Below are positions 1-9,419 of a stretch of DNA of 64,000 nt, in pieces. The stretch lies in IMG/VR virus record IMGVR_UViG_3300036402_000045, positions 1 to 64,000 of that record. The stretch is one strand, 5' to 3'. The position numbers and the translations under genes were made by a program. This DNA is from a virus. The stretch's first letter is position 1. Each line of letters opens with the position of its first letter. The notes beneath the pieces were generated by a model. The model worked only from the letters and a program-made list of their open reading frames with translations, searched no databases and was not told the DNA's origin.

Positions 1-1315
1 GTGCTCCACCACCGGGGTAGTAGTCGATGGCCCCTTGTGCCTGAAGCTGGAGAGCGGGCGTCGTACCGGCCGTGGACTGAATCCAAGTCGTATACGTTCC
101 GTCAGTCGAACGACTGAAATACATTCCGAGATCCGTGATCTTCGATGTCTGGTTGGCAACCTGGCTCGTTGCGTAGAACGACTGTCCGCTCGCATCAACC
201 CACTGACGCTTTGCAGATGCAGAGTCTTGCCACTCTTGAAGGTTTCCAACCTGAACAGCAGCGCCCCGAACCAGCAAACCGGCTTTGTCTGCCGCAGGAT
301 GGATTGACATAACGAACGGCGCTCGGTTGCCGCCGCTCGTACCGCCAGTGAAGATGTTCTCGGCAGCGGGAGTGCTCATGCCAGCCGCTAGATGAACCGT
401 TCCGCCGCTTACAACGTTGGTGAACCGAGCAACTCCTACGTAATAGCCGGTGTCGGTCATGTCCAGAAGCGGAACACCGGATTGTCCACCCGGCGCAACT
501 CGGAATGTCACGGCATCTGCGCTGGTTCGGATTTCGAACGGGTTGGCCGTAGGAGTCACAGCCATCTTGACGATCACTCCCGGCTGACCAGCCGAAGGGA
601 AAACCGAAAGCTTGGAGATGGGGAACTGCGGAGTAGCACCAATGACGACGCCGCCGTTGCTCGCCGCGGGCGAGAAGTGAATGCCGGTGTACGTTGCGTT
701 GCCGAGGCCCATCACCCGGTTGGCGTTTACTGCGGCGAGATCCTGGTTTATCAGGGTGTTGTCTCGTGAATCCCGGATGTTGTTGTTGACCCGGAGGAAA
801 GCGTTGGCGTTGACAACGACCGCCGAAGGGAAGAACTGGAGAACGTCGGTGCCAGTGACAACTGCCTTGAACGATCCAACAGAATCTTTGTAAAAGCCGG
901 TGCTGATTTCGGCAGCAAACCCCAGGCCGGGATTGCCAGAAGTTCCGGAAGGGATCAGAACCGGCCCAGTAAAGATGGACCCATCAAGAATGCCTGCCAC
1001 AGCCGTTGCGATCGCCGCAGGAGTGTCTGTCGCGGCCAACTCCACGATGGCCCCTTGCACGTCTACCGCAGCAACACCAGCAGCAGGAACGAACCTGACT
1101 TGCGAAGCAGTGAGGTTCGTCAGATAGCTGTCGGCTTGATCGATCGCAGCCTGCACGTCGCCTGCCGTGATGACAATGTTCCCGGCAGGGTTGTAGGCGA
1201 TGTTCGGAGCCGTGTCGGGCGGATAGACCGCGAACAGCGACGACACTTCGATGATGTCGGGCGTGTCCTCGCGAACGAAGACGCGATCAACGATGTCCAT
1301 TGAAGTGACGGTCAT
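1..1315 (-). CDS. Virion structural / tail-fibre-like protein, truncated by window edge
   Basis: Read manually: ATG at 1315 (ATGA overlap), MTVTSMDIVDRVFVREDTPD..., open to base 1; Gly/Ala/Thr-rich; downstream of terminase. Confidence 0.65.
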   Translation of the reverse strand, partial: MTVTSMDIVDRVFVREDTPDIIEVSSLFAVYPPDTAPNIAYNPAGNIVITAGDVQAAIDQADSYLTNLTASQVRFVPAAGVAAVDVQGAIVELAATDTPAAIATAVAGILDGSIFTGPVLIPSGTSGNPGLGFAAEISTGFYKDSVGSFKAVVTGTDVLQFFPSAVVVNANAFLRVNNNIRDSRDNTLINQDLAAVNANRVMGLGNATYTGIHFSPAASNGGVVIGATPQFPISKLSVFPSAGQPGVIVKMAVTPTANPFEIRTSADAVTFRVAPGGQSGVPLLDMTDTGYYVGVARFTNVVSGGTVHLAAGMSTPAAENIFTGGTSGGNRAPFVMSIHPAADKAGLLVRGAAVQVGNLQEWQDSASAKRQWVDASGQSFYATSQVANQTSKITDLGMYFSRSTDGTYTTWIQSTAGTTPALQLQAQGAIDYYPGGGA

Positions 1316-1725
1316 CGAGTGACTTGCTCCTTGATCGTGACGGTGCCCTCAGCCCACGGGATCTTGATGATGTCGGGAGCGGGAGACAGGAATTCGATGT
1401 CGTGGACGGCCCTGCCGAACTTTCGGAAAGTGTCAGTAACAGCCCACGGAAGATGGAACTCGATGTGACCGTTCACGCCTCCGAAGGTGATCGTGCCGTC
1501 ACGACCAACCACGTCAGCAGTTCCCAGCGTGGCGATCAGGATGCCACCAACGCGATCGCGGATCTGCATCTTCGCCGTGTAGCCCGTCGTGTCCACTGGC
1601 TCGTAAACGAGCTTCCCGGACGCGTCACGGGTGACATTGCCGTCAAGATCAAGCACAGGAGTCGTCCAGCGGAGGGTCTTGCGCCAGTCCGTGCCTGCCT
1701 TGATGGTGATGTCCCACGGGGCCAT
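1312..1725 (-). CDS. Putative virion structural protein (BppU N-terminal-like)
   Basis: DITIKAGTDW...DTTGYTAKMQIR...HDIE pattern; between terminase and fibre-like gene. Confidence 0.55.
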   Translation of the reverse strand: MAPWDITIKAGTDWRKTLRWTTPVLDLDGNVTRDASGKLVYEPVDTTGYTAKMQIRDRVGGILIATLGTADVVGRDGTITFGGVNGHIEFHLPWAVTDTFRKFGRAVHDIEFLSPAPDIIKIPWAEGTVTIKEQVTR

Positions 1726-1741
1726 AGCCCCCTATCTTGCC

Positions 1742-3493
1742 CTATCGCTTCTTCTTGCTCCCGAAACCACGGGCAATGGCGACGCGACCCCTACCTTGGC
1801 CTGTTGACGCCATCGCGCGGGCCTTGGCTCCCATCGGAGGCCCTTGAGTGCCGCCACGTAGGTCAGGGTTGGACGAGAAGGCTCGCGGAGGGATGGCGAC
1901 CTTGTGCAGCCCCAGTCGCTCGATGAAGCCCGCAAAATGGCAGATCATCGCGTCGCAAAGGTGGTCGTTCTTCTTGACGATCCGACCACCCTGGTCCCGT
2001 CGCCAACCACGCACCTGCTCGATGAACTCAACGTGCTCAGCGGGGATGACGAGGTTCGAGCCATCGACGTAGATGTTCATCGCCGCAGCAGACGTTTCCT
2101 TGACTTCGGAAAAGTTCACGTCGTTGACCGGAAGGCGATGTACGTCCCGAAGCTCTTGGTTCAGGTAGTTGCCGCCGCCACCGATGTCGCAGTTCACGGC
2201 AACGAGATCCGACCGGTACCGAGTGGCGTAGCCGATGATCGAGCCGAACATGTCGGTACGGGTGTTCTCCGGAAGAAGATCGGCGTGCAGGAGGATCTGC
2301 TTGCGGCCCTGCTCCTGCCATACCTCCACGGCACCGTTCCCCGTACCCCAGTCCACGTCGATGTCGATCGGATTGTTCGGAACGTAGAGCGAGTCCGCTG
2401 CGGTGTTCACGATCGAGTCGTTGAAGCGGGTCATGTTCAACACGACGTAGCCCGAAGTCGAAGGCCGCTGACCCATCGCTTCGACTTCCCAGCGAGCATG
2501 GTTGCGGCGCATACGACGCCACAGCTTCTCGATCTCTTCCATCGGAACCCAGCCCTCGGCGTACATGGCCTTTCCGCCGCAGTAAGCCTTGTGGATCATC
2601 TTCTCTTCGGGAAGACCGGTTTCCGTATTGGTGATCGTCTCTACATGGTCCTCGCGGAAGCACGGCTCCGGGGACTGGCACACGTCCACGCATTCGCAGC
2701 CCGCACAGACATCGAAGGTGTCCCAGCGGTAGAGCGTGTAGCCCATCTCTTCATGGTTGTCGATCAGTTCAGCAAACGACCCCGCAACATTGTGAAACGT
2801 GGAGCAACGCACGTTGACAGACGGCATGGCGGTGTTGATCGTCGGAAGAGCGGCATCAACGATGTCCTTGTCAGCTTCCGCTTCCTCATCGATGACCAGC
2901 AAACCGCCACGGGTCTTGCCACGGCGCTTACCGCCAGCGTGGGGCGAGCGAACGGACTTGGACGACGCGGTGAGCACCCGAACCCACGAGTCTTCGATCG
3001 AGAACGTCTTCTCCCGCTGCGGGTCCGTCTTGAGAAGCGTCTTCCAGTACGGGTCGCTCTCGATGTAGCCGATGAGGTACTGGTACACGTTGTCGGCCTG
3101 AAGTTCCGAACCACCGAGATTCAGCGCGTCAAAATCAAGCACCAACCACAGGTAGAACTCCACGAAGGAGACTCCGTAGCTCTTGCCGCCGCCTCGGGAG
3201 GCCACCGCAGCAGCGTCTCGGACCCGCAGGGTGCATACGTCATCGATCATCTCCCGCAGACCTGGATGACGTTTTCCGAACTTCGCCTCAGCCTCTTCCT
3301 CGGTCAGAACACCAAGCTCGATCATCCGATCGACGGGCTTACGCGGAAGAAGCAGCCCAAAGCGATCCGCAAGCTCCAGCGGCTTCCCTTTGAACTGCTC
3401 CTTCAGATTCCTACCTGGATCACGCAGCGCACGGAGGAAGTCAGCAGCCGAGGCTCCTTCCAGAGTGTTGCGATTTCGCTGCGGTGCGGGCAT
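1742..3493 (-). CDS. terL: Terminase large subunit
   Basis: Walker A ASRGGGKS, Walker B LLVIDEE, nuclease motifs DVDWG and KNDHLCDA; 583 aa. Confidence 0.9.
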   Translation of the reverse strand: MPAPQRNRNTLEGASAADFLRALRDPGRNLKEQFKGKPLELADRFGLLLPRKPVDRMIELGVLTEEEAEAKFGKRHPGLREMIDDVCTLRVRDAAAVASRGGGKSYGVSFVEFYLWLVLDFDALNLGGSELQADNVYQYLIGYIESDPYWKTLLKTDPQREKTFSIEDSWVRVLTASSKSVRSPHAGGKRRGKTRGGLLVIDEEAEADKDIVDAALPTINTAMPSVNVRCSTFHNVAGSFAELIDNHEEMGYTLYRWDTFDVCAGCECVDVCQSPEPCFREDHVETITNTETGLPEEKMIHKAYCGGKAMYAEGWVPMEEIEKLWRRMRRNHARWEVEAMGQRPSTSGYVVLNMTRFNDSIVNTAADSLYVPNNPIDIDVDWGTGNGAVEVWQEQGRKQILLHADLLPENTRTDMFGSIIGYATRYRSDLVAVNCDIGGGGNYLNQELRDVHRLPVNDVNFSEVKETSAAAMNIYVDGSNLVIPAEHVEFIEQVRGWRRDQGGRIVKKNDHLCDAMICHFAGFIERLGLHKVAIPPRAFSSNPDLRGGTQGPPMGAKARAMASTGQGRGRVAIARGFGSKKKR

Positions 3494-3522
3494 GACGCCA
3501 GAGAGTAGCGCCCTATAGCCGC

Positions 3523-3672
3523 TTAGTCGTCCTGCATGTTCCTCTGGACGTACTTGCGCTGTCTTGCCTTCTGAACCCGGTCCCGGCGCTCCTGAGCGGC
3601 CTCAGGTGTCTCTGGAGGCAGAACAGCATCGATCTCGGCAAGCACTTGATCGAGTGTGCGGTGATCCGTCAT
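3523..3672 (-). CDS. Hypothetical protein (49 aa)
   Basis: MTDHRTLDQVL..., GGAG RBS, fills gap. Confidence 0.55.
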   Translation of the reverse strand: MTDHRTLDQVLAEIDAVLPPETPEAAQERRDRVQKARQRKYVQRNMQDD

Positions 3673-3698
3673 CTTGAATCTCCGTTTCGCATACCCGC

Positions 3699-3917
3699 CT
3701 ACTCGTCCGAGAGTAACCCTCGGTCCTTTGCGAGCTTGAGATTCGCCTTCTCGGTTGCGATCGGGTCGTAGTGGTAGCGGAGCGCGGGGAACGACATAAG
3801 CATGTAGACCACGACTCTGTTCTCAGGGTCTACAGGATTCGGAAATATCCGAACCGAGTCAGTCGCGGCAGGCTCAACACAACCATCGAGAGGCCCGCCA
3901 AAGAAGGTGACGCTCAC
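3699..3917 (-). CDS. Hypothetical protein
   Basis: GTG start in GTGA overlap; FFGGPLDG motif common in phage small proteins. Confidence 0.6.
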   Translation of the reverse strand: MSVTFFGGPLDGCVEPAATDSVRIFPNPVDPENRVVVYMLMSFPALRYHYDPIATEKANLKLAKDRGLLSDE

Positions 3918-4162
3918 TTCTTGTGCTTCTTTGATTCCATGCACCAGTTCTCGAAGTCTTCCGAATTCGGATCTGCACGTACGTAGATGCCTGAGAACGT
4001 CATGGAACCGCACTTGCAGCATTGCTCCCACCGACAAGCTTCGTGCTTGAGTCGGGTCGGTTGACGAACCGACGTTCCTGCATCAGTCACGACGCTGTTG
4101 GACTCGAACCAGCAATCGTCACAGACCGGATGAGTCCATCGAGACTCGGGGTGGGCGCTCAC
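3914..4162 (-). CDS. Small Cys-rich hypothetical protein
   Basis: CxxC pairs; coupled overlaps. Confidence 0.6.
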   Translation of the reverse strand: MSAHPESRWTHPVCDDCWFESNSVVTDAGTSVRQPTRLKHEACRWEQCCKCGSMTFSGIYVRADPNSEDFENWCMESKKHKK

Positions 4163-4434
4163 TCTTCCGTCTCTTCGACCTGCATCTGATCGAAGAGTGC
4201 TACCTGAGCGCCCTGATCGGTGATGAAGCTGAAGCGGAAAACCGAATTTCCGTTCAGGATGATCGTGTCCTTCGAGAACCCAACGATCGTGGCCTCCACG
4301 CCACGCGCAGGCTCCACGCCATCAGGCGTGCGAACCTTGACCCGTTTCCCGACCCACTCGGCCAGGGACTCGTCTGTCCAGCCTTGGTCAAACTGGTCTG
4401 CCCAGTCCCCTGCCCATACCTCGATTGCTTCCAT
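4159..4434 (-). CDS. Hypothetical protein
   Basis: MEAIEVW with AAGGAG RBS. Confidence 0.6.
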   Translation of the reverse strand: MEAIEVWAGDWADQFDQGWTDESLAEWVGKRVKVRTPDGVEPARGVEATIVGFSKDTIILNGNSVFRFSFITDQGAQVALFDQMQVEETEE

Positions 4435-4463
4435 GTGCGCTCCTTGGCGTCTATTCGGAATAT

Positions 4464-4688
4464 TTACTTCGGTGCAGGAGTCTCGTCGGATGCGCGCACT
4501 CGGGCTTCGATGGCGGCGACGTGCTTCTCGCTGTGCGGCGGGGCACCAGGGTCGTCGGACTCGGACGCTGCGAGGATTGACGCTGCTTGCTCTCGGTCCT
4601 GCTCGGACGAGGAACCACAGTCGCATTTCTCGGCGTGCATCCGTTCAGCCAGTCGCACGACTTCCGGCAAATTCGGATTGTCACTCAT
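4464..4688 (-). CDS. Hypothetical protein
   Basis: MSDNPNLPEV..., operon packing. Confidence 0.55.
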   Translation of the reverse strand: MSDNPNLPEVVRLAERMHAEKCDCGSSSEQDREQAASILAASESDDPGAPPHSEKHVAAIEARVRASDETPAPK

Positions 4689-4878
4689 CGGTCTTCGGGA
4701 GATCGACCTGAACTTCCTTGTCCAAAGCAATGACCCACTGGGTTCCCGTGGTCCCGAAGGTCACGGACGCCTCGTTGTGCTCCAGGAAGGTGACTTCCTG
4801 TGCGTGGCGGCTGTTGGGGAAATGCAGCAGGTCGCCAATGACGACTTCGTTCGCGGTCTTGGTGATGGTTTCAGACAT
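4681..4878 (-). CDS. Hypothetical protein
   Basis: ORF track, overlapping neighbours. Confidence 0.6.
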   Translation of the reverse strand: MSETITKTANEVVIGDLLHFPNSRHAQEVTFLEHNEASVTFGTTGTQWVIALDKEVQVDLPKTDE

Positions 4879-5248
4879 CGACGTTCTTCTCGTCCTCTCG
4901 GGTGGTGATGAACTCCTTCACGGAGCCGTACCGCTCAATGGTAGGCAACCGGTGGTACTCCGTCCTTGCGGTACCGATCAGGACGACTCGCTTGTTGAGA
5001 GCGATGGCGATCCCAAGGGCGGTTTCGGAAATTGGCTCTGACGACCCCTTGCCGATGGCGTAGATCAGTCCATGCGACTTGGCGATGTCGTCCATCGCCG
5101 CCATAGCGGCCTCAGCCGGATCGTCATCATCGTCCTGAAGTAGATCGTCTCGCAGCCATCGAGCGGCCACGTCATCTCCGATCTTCTTCAACTCGTCCTT
5201 GAGCTTCCGAGAAGCCTTCTCGTTGCCGGTGACGTGCCAGCGCATCAT
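4871..5248 (-). CDS. Hypothetical protein, nucleoside deoxyribosyltransferase-like fold possible
   Basis: DIAKSHGLI...ETALGIAIALNKRVVLIG resembles NDT-like pattern. Confidence 0.45.
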   Translation of the reverse strand: MMRWHVTGNEKASRKLKDELKKIGDDVAARWLRDDLLQDDDDDPAEAAMAAMDDIAKSHGLIYAIGKGSSEPISETALGIAIALNKRVVLIGTARTEYHRLPTIERYGSVKEFITTREDEKNVDV

Positions 5249-5249
5249 C

Positions 5250-5480
5250 TCAGTTCACCACCCGAAAGGCGGGGCCTTGTTCTTCGAAGATGTACGACTC
5301 GTAGTGCCGGATCTCCGTGCCCGAGGGGTTTGTGACGTTGATCCGAAGCTCCATGAGTCCCATCTTCTCCACGATGCCGCCTGCGGCCTTCTGGAAGGCG
5401 TCGGGGGCCGTACTGGGGCCGTTGAGGAAGGGAAACTCGTCCTTCAGGGCTTGCGCCAGCTTCTCGATGAACTTGTCCAT
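5250..5480 (-). CDS. Hypothetical protein (leaderless)
   Basis: MDKFIE; CGTATCA 6 nt upstream. Confidence 0.6.
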   Translation of the reverse strand: MDKFIEKLAQALKDEFPFLNGPSTAPDAFQKAAGGIVEKMGLMELRINVTNPSGTEIRHYESYIFEEQGPAFRVVN

Positions 5481-5486
5481 ATCTTC

Positions 5487-5493
5487 TGATACG
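5487..5493 (-). promoter_or_regulatory. CGTATCA phage promoter motif
   Basis: 6 nt upstream of ATG 5480; motif recurs at fixed spacing. Confidence 0.7.
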
Positions 5494-5496
5494 CAA

Positions 5497-5540
5497 ACGC
5501 GGAGAGATCCCCCGTCCGTTGCCCAAACAGGGGATCTCTC
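5497..5540 (-). terminator. Hairpin with CGCGT tail
   Basis: GAGAGATCCCC/GGGGATCTCTC stem. Confidence 0.55.
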
Positions 5541-5572
5541 GCAGAGGCCGGGGAAGTGGCCTGTCATGCAGC

Positions 5573-5821
5573 CTAGAGGACGGCTCCGCGGATCTCGACA
5601 CTCTCGATGTCCTCCAGAGCGAAGTAGACGGGCCTCATTGTGTCCGTCTTGACGCCCACAATCCGAAGTAGCTCATGGTCGATCTCCAGGATCGAGCACG
5701 ACGACCCTGTGCCGTTGCTGCGGGTGATGAACACTTCGTACCCGAACTCACAGGGCAAATGGAGGATCACAAGCCAATGAAGAGGGTCGATTCGCTTCCT
5801 TTCACGCCTCTCAGGAGCCAC
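5573..5821 (-). CDS. Hypothetical protein
   Basis: ORF track, packing. Confidence 0.55.
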   Translation of the reverse strand: MAPERRERKRIDPLHWLVILHLPCEFGYEVFITRSNGTGSSCSILEIDHELLRIVGVKTDTMRPVYFALEDIESVEIRGAVL

Positions 5822-5822
5822 G

Positions 5823-6212
5823 CTAAACCTCTGAAATTCCGTTCAGAATGTTCAACATCTCTCCCAAAAGTTCCGGATTTGACTTGAAATTGGCACTCTT
5901 GGCGTCTCTGAGGCTGAAAACCACTTCAGAACCCTTCAGAATGGTTACAGACACCCGCATGGAGTCAATACTGACCACTTCAGCGTCTCCGCGAAGCTCT
6001 TCGAAGGGATCATCGACCGAAACCTCGATGTCCCAGAGCGGATCAGGGTTCGCAGGAACCACATTGCTGCCGATGTCTTCGATCCAGCCCCGATCTGCGG
6101 CCTCAACGAGAGCGAAGGCGTTTGCACCGACTCGAAGGTAGGTGATGCCGAGGGTTTCTTCGAAGGCCGCGGGCGTGGGGCAGCTATCAGTGATCGACCA
6201 AGTGTGCCTCAC
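5823..6212 (-). CDS. Hypothetical protein
   Basis: GTG start in GTGA overlap. Confidence 0.55.
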   Translation of the reverse strand: MRHTWSITDSCPTPAAFEETLGITYLRVGANAFALVEAADRGWIEDIGSNVVPANPDPLWDIEVSVDDPFEELRGDAEVVSIDSMRVSVTILKGSEVVFSLRDAKSANFKSNPELLGEMLNILNGISEV

Positions 6213-6445
6213 GAAGAAACCTTCCGAAAGAACTCGTTGAACGCCTCGGTGCGGGCTGCGGATTGGGATTCCTTGTCGTTGACGAAGATGACCGTGTGCC
6301 ATCCAACGATATGTTGACTACTGGCGTAGGAGAAACCGTTTGCGTCCCGACCTGACATAGCAGGGACCACAGCGCGCATCTGAACCTCGGCCTTCCATCG
6401 ATCGTCGTGCTGCCGCTCGGTGACGATGTGGAACTCAATCTCCAT
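6209..6445 (-). CDS. Hypothetical protein
   Basis: MEIEFH with GGAGG RBS. Confidence 0.55.
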   Translation of the reverse strand: MEIEFHIVTERQHDDRWKAEVQMRAVVPAMSGRDANGFSYASSQHIVGWHTVIFVNDKESQSAARTEAFNEFFRKVSS

Positions 6446-6725
6446 CGGATTCCTCCAAACGCAACGAGTCCACGTACTTCGCAAGATCGTTCTGGTACTT
6501 ACGAATCGTGTAGATGACCGGGCCGACGATGTTGTCCAACTCCTGAACGGCATCCCGAGCCTTTGCCGAGAGATCCGATGAGTCATCGGCTTCCAGACGA
6601 AGGCGAAGCTCGCTGAGGTAGATCGTCTCCTTCTTCGGGCCAACGTGGGCGAACCACTTCTCGCCCCGCATGGCGCACTTGGCAACGACGTGGACGCCCT
6701 CGATCTCGAAAGCTGTGATCCTCAT
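6435..6725 (-). CDS. Hypothetical protein
   Basis: MRITAFE, ATGA overlap. Confidence 0.6.
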   Translation of the reverse strand: MRITAFEIEGVHVVAKCAMRGEKWFAHVGPKKETIYLSELRLRLEADDSSDLSAKARDAVQELDNIVGPVIYTIRKYQNDLAKYVDSLRLEESDGD

Positions 6726-6943
6726 TCGGAAACCTCTTCCTCGGTGAGCGCTGAGATGTTGAACCCGACGAGCTTGCGTTCGAGTCCTGCGATCTCCAGC
6801 TTGGCGGCTTCCTTGTTGATGCACCGCTCTCCGGTAGGCGAATACTGATCCGGGTAGGTGCCGGTCTTCAACTGCTCCACGCGGCGAGCGTAAGCACGCT
6901 CCTGACGGCGGCGCTTCATGGGATGAGATGTCTGTCGTGCCAT
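6722..6943 (-). CDS. Hypothetical protein (leaderless)
   Basis: CGTATCA at 6950-6956. Confidence 0.6.
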   Translation of the reverse strand: MARQTSHPMKRRRQERAYARRVEQLKTGTYPDQYSPTGERCINKEAAKLEIAGLERKLVGFNISALTEEEVSE

Positions 6944-6956
6944 GTCTGGTGATACG

Positions 6957-7226
6957 TCACTTTCTAGCAGCGTTGAAGATCATTCCGATTGCGGTTCGCG
7001 GAGTACGGCCCTTCGCCTTGATCTGGACGCCCCGGTACTCAACCACGACTTCGAACTCGAAGCGAGCGGTCAGTTCTGGATCGTCCTCCATGTCGGCGGT
7101 GAACTCACGCATGGTGTTGACAGGACCGAGGTACTTGAAGTCCAGCCCGAGATCCTTCGCTTCGTCTTCGAGCACCAGAGCGGAGAACGAATCGAACCCA
7201 CACTTCTCGAAGAACGCTTGGCTCAT
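6957..7226 (-). CDS. Hypothetical protein (leaderless)
   Basis: CGTATCA at 7233-7239. Confidence 0.6.
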   Translation of the reverse strand: MSQAFFEKCGFDSFSALVLEDEAKDLGLDFKYLGPVNTMREFTADMEDDPELTARFEFEVVVEYRGVQIKAKGRTPRTAIGMIFNAARK

Positions 7227-7264
7227 ATCTTCTGATACGCCTTCCGCGTTTTTCGGATATCGGA

Positions 7265-7350
7265 GCGACTTTCACCTACCCATGCAAACCCGCAGGTCAG
7301 GAACTATGGAGTAGGTGAAATAAATTGCTGACTCGCAATCCCATAGTCGC
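7265..7350 (-). ncRNA. Intergenic three-way-junction RNA structure (candidate)
   Basis: Outer stem GCGACT/AGTCGC, hairpin ATTGC/GCAAT, long arm TTTCACCTAC/GTAGGTGAAA. Confidence 0.35.
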
Positions 7351-7548
7351 CTATGTCATGGATGCGTCGGCAGCACAGGCAATGAAGTCCGTCTGCGTGA
7401 TGGGCCAATTCTGGTTCGCCGGAACGTAAGCGAACTCCATCCAGACCCAGACCCACATCGACGGCGCATAGCCATGCTTGTCTTCGTAGTCGGCAAGCGT
7501 TTCTTGGATCTCGGTGATGATCTTCCAGAAGAGTCGGTTCGGAATCAT
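7351..7548 (-). CDS. Hypothetical protein
   Basis: MIPNRLF, ATGA overlap. Confidence 0.5.
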   Translation of the reverse strand: MIPNRLFWKIITEIQETLADYEDKHGYAPSMWVWVWMEFAYVPANQNWPITQTDFIACAADASMT

Positions 7549-7916
7549 GTCTCCCACGTCCCCAACACAACCGGACCTGTACGCCGAAGCTCTTGAAAGA
7601 TGTACGCATCCAAGTCATCGATTCCGAACACCACCTGCGGGAACCCAAGAGCACCGCGCTTGATGCCGGGATGGAACTCCTGCCAAGAGATGAACTGCCA
7701 CGACTCCACAGGAGAGCGCATATAGCTCTCTGGCTTCGGAGCAGGCGGCATCCACGGCGGCTGGTACTCGACAAAGGTTGAGCGGTACGCCTGCATCGAC
7801 AGATCAGGGGTTCGGAAAACTCCGACTCGGATCTCGTCTTCGGTTGACTCCAAGATCCACTCAACCAACTTGGTTGACCTTCCGGACCGGCGTGGGCCTG
7901 CGATGAGAGAGATCAC
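7545..7916 (-). CDS. Small P-loop NTPase-like protein
   Basis: GPRRSGRST Walker A-like, VFGIDD Walker B-like. Confidence 0.5.
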   Translation of the reverse strand: MISLIAGPRRSGRSTKLVEWILESTEDEIRVGVFRTPDLSMQAYRSTFVEYQPPWMPPAPKPESYMRSPVESWQFISWQEFHPGIKRGALGFPQVVFGIDDLDAYIFQELRRTGPVVLGTWET

Positions 7917-8137
7917 TTGTGCGCCCTTCCGACGACATAGCGGTCGTACCGCGTGAGATGTAGAGGAAGCATCGGGATCACACATACCCAGATGTGAAGC
8001 TCGTACGTCTTCCAGTATTCGTCGTTTGACTTCCGAAGGACGTTGGAGGACCGCTTCCAGAAGACTCCGATCCAGAAGTCCTCCTTCTTGAACTCGACCT
8101 TCACTCGCCAGAACGTTCTGTAGTGCTTGGGTTTCAC
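7913..8137 (-). CDS. Hypothetical protein
   Basis: EDFWIGVFW motif; coupled. Confidence 0.55.
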   Translation of the reverse strand: MKPKHYRTFWRVKVEFKKEDFWIGVFWKRSSNVLRKSNDEYWKTYELHIWVCVIPMLPLHLTRYDRYVVGRAHK

Positions 8138-8355
8138 CACGCCTCGCCCACGGTGGTCGCCAGCGCGATGAGCGCATTCCGAAGATCGGCGTTGGTGGCC
8201 CCGAACTTCTTGAAGATCTCAGGCTCAACCGTGGCGGTTCTCCTGAGTCCCTTCACCCGCCACTGGTTGTCTCCCGGCTCTGGATGCGCCAGGAACTCGA
8301 TCGTGACCGAATCGAGATTGCCCGCTCTTGCGATGGCTCGAATGAGATCTTCCAT
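8134..8355 (-). CDS. Hypothetical protein (leaderless)
   Basis: CGTATCA at 8362-8368. Confidence 0.6.
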   Translation of the reverse strand: MEDLIRAIARAGNLDSVTIEFLAHPEPGDNQWRVKGLRRTATVEPEIFKKFGATNADLRNALIALATTVGEAW

Positions 8356-8368
8356 GACTACTGATACG

Positions 8369-8752
8369 TCAGAACATCTCGCGACCCGCTAGGGCGTTCA
8401 CGGTCTTCTCGTCAAGAGTCAGAAGCTTCGGAAACCAAGGCCACATCTTGTCGCAATCGCGGCACCACCACTCCTTGCCCCTGTCGTACCGGTCCCAATG
8501 AACCGGTCGCACAACAGAGACATCGTGGAACGCCTTGCAGATAGCGTGCTGGATTGCTTCCTCAAGCGTCTCAGGCCACCGGAGAGGCGTCGCGAACACA
8601 AGACGTGGCTCGTTGCGCCGCACGCCTTCGAGCCATGCGTAGGAGACGACGACTCGGTTGGTGATCCAATCACCCAGATATTCCCGCTTGAAGATCTCGG
8701 AGTCGATTGTCCGGTATCTTTCGGAAACCGCTTCGTTCCAGTAGCTACCCAT
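8369..8752 (-). CDS. Hypothetical protein
   Basis: ORF track, GGGAG RBS. Confidence 0.55.
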   Translation of the reverse strand: MGSYWNEAVSERYRTIDSEIFKREYLGDWITNRVVVSYAWLEGVRRNEPRLVFATPLRWPETLEEAIQHAICKAFHDVSVVRPVHWDRYDRGKEWWCRDCDKMWPWFPKLLTLDEKTVNALAGREMF

Positions 8753-8772
8753 AGCTCCCGCTCATTCGGTAA

Positions 8773-9066
8773 CTATTCCTTCCACCGGTACAGCATCTTG
8801 GCGGCGTGACCGTGCTTCCACCGCTCCGGGCACTCACCACGATCGCGCACCAACCAGAGCCGTTCCCTCGCCAGATCGCCTTCGGACCACCAGATGCGGA
8901 GATAGCCGGGGATGGACGCCCACCATCTGCTCGCATCGGCGTCTGAGAGCGTCTGTAGGGTCCGGTAAACGTCGTGGTCGCAAAACCACCCGTCCTGCAT
9001 CGCAGCGGCCTTCAGAACCATCCTGCGGCGTTCCGCTTCCATCTCTACATTCCGAAGGAAGATCAC
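8773..9066 (-). CDS. Hypothetical protein
   Basis: ORF track, overlap. Confidence 0.5.
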   Translation of the reverse strand: MIFLRNVEMEAERRRMVLKAAAMQDGWFCDHDVYRTLQTLSDADASRWWASIPGYLRIWWSEGDLARERLWLVRDRGECPERWKHGHAAKMLYRWKE

Positions 9067-9419
9067 GCGCAGATCAGCTTTCCGGTCACAGACGACACCG
9101 TGAGCGAGTCACCAACTTTGCACCGCTCGCCCATTGTCATGCGACAGATGCCGTAGCTCTTTTCGTTATGGAAGATGTTGCGAATCTTTCCTTCGACAAG
9201 ATCGACTTCCACAACCTGTTCCGGAAAGAAGTTTCCGGTGGCAGTTCCAACAACGCGAGACGGCTCGGGAATCTCTTCGTAGTAGCCAGCCTGAACGAGC
9301 GAACTCAGGTACACCGTTCCGAGGCAGACATCACCGTCGTAGATCTCAAAAGTGCTCCTATTCGCCTCCATTCGAATTTCGAACGGAAAGATTCTGTCGG
9401 TAGTGCGGTAGCGAGGCAT
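9063..9419 (-). CDS. Hypothetical protein
   Basis: ORF track, overlap. Confidence 0.55.
   Translation of the reverse strand: MPRYRTTDRIFPFEIRMEANRSTFEIYDGDVCLGTVYLSSLVQAGYYEEIPEPSRVVGTATGNFFPEQVVEVDLVEGKIRNIFHNEKSYGICRMTMGERCKVGDSLTVSSVTGKLICA

Noticed and set aside
35-140. CRISPR-repeat-like look of the + strand translation (GLNPSRIRSVSRT)
   Set aside because: No repeated unit; it is the antisense of the open minus-strand structural gene
1904-3508. Long antisense ORFs (also 28001-29413, 14185-15129, 45555-46613, 51513-52391)
   Set aside because: Shadow frames of high-GC genes with clear motifs on the other strand
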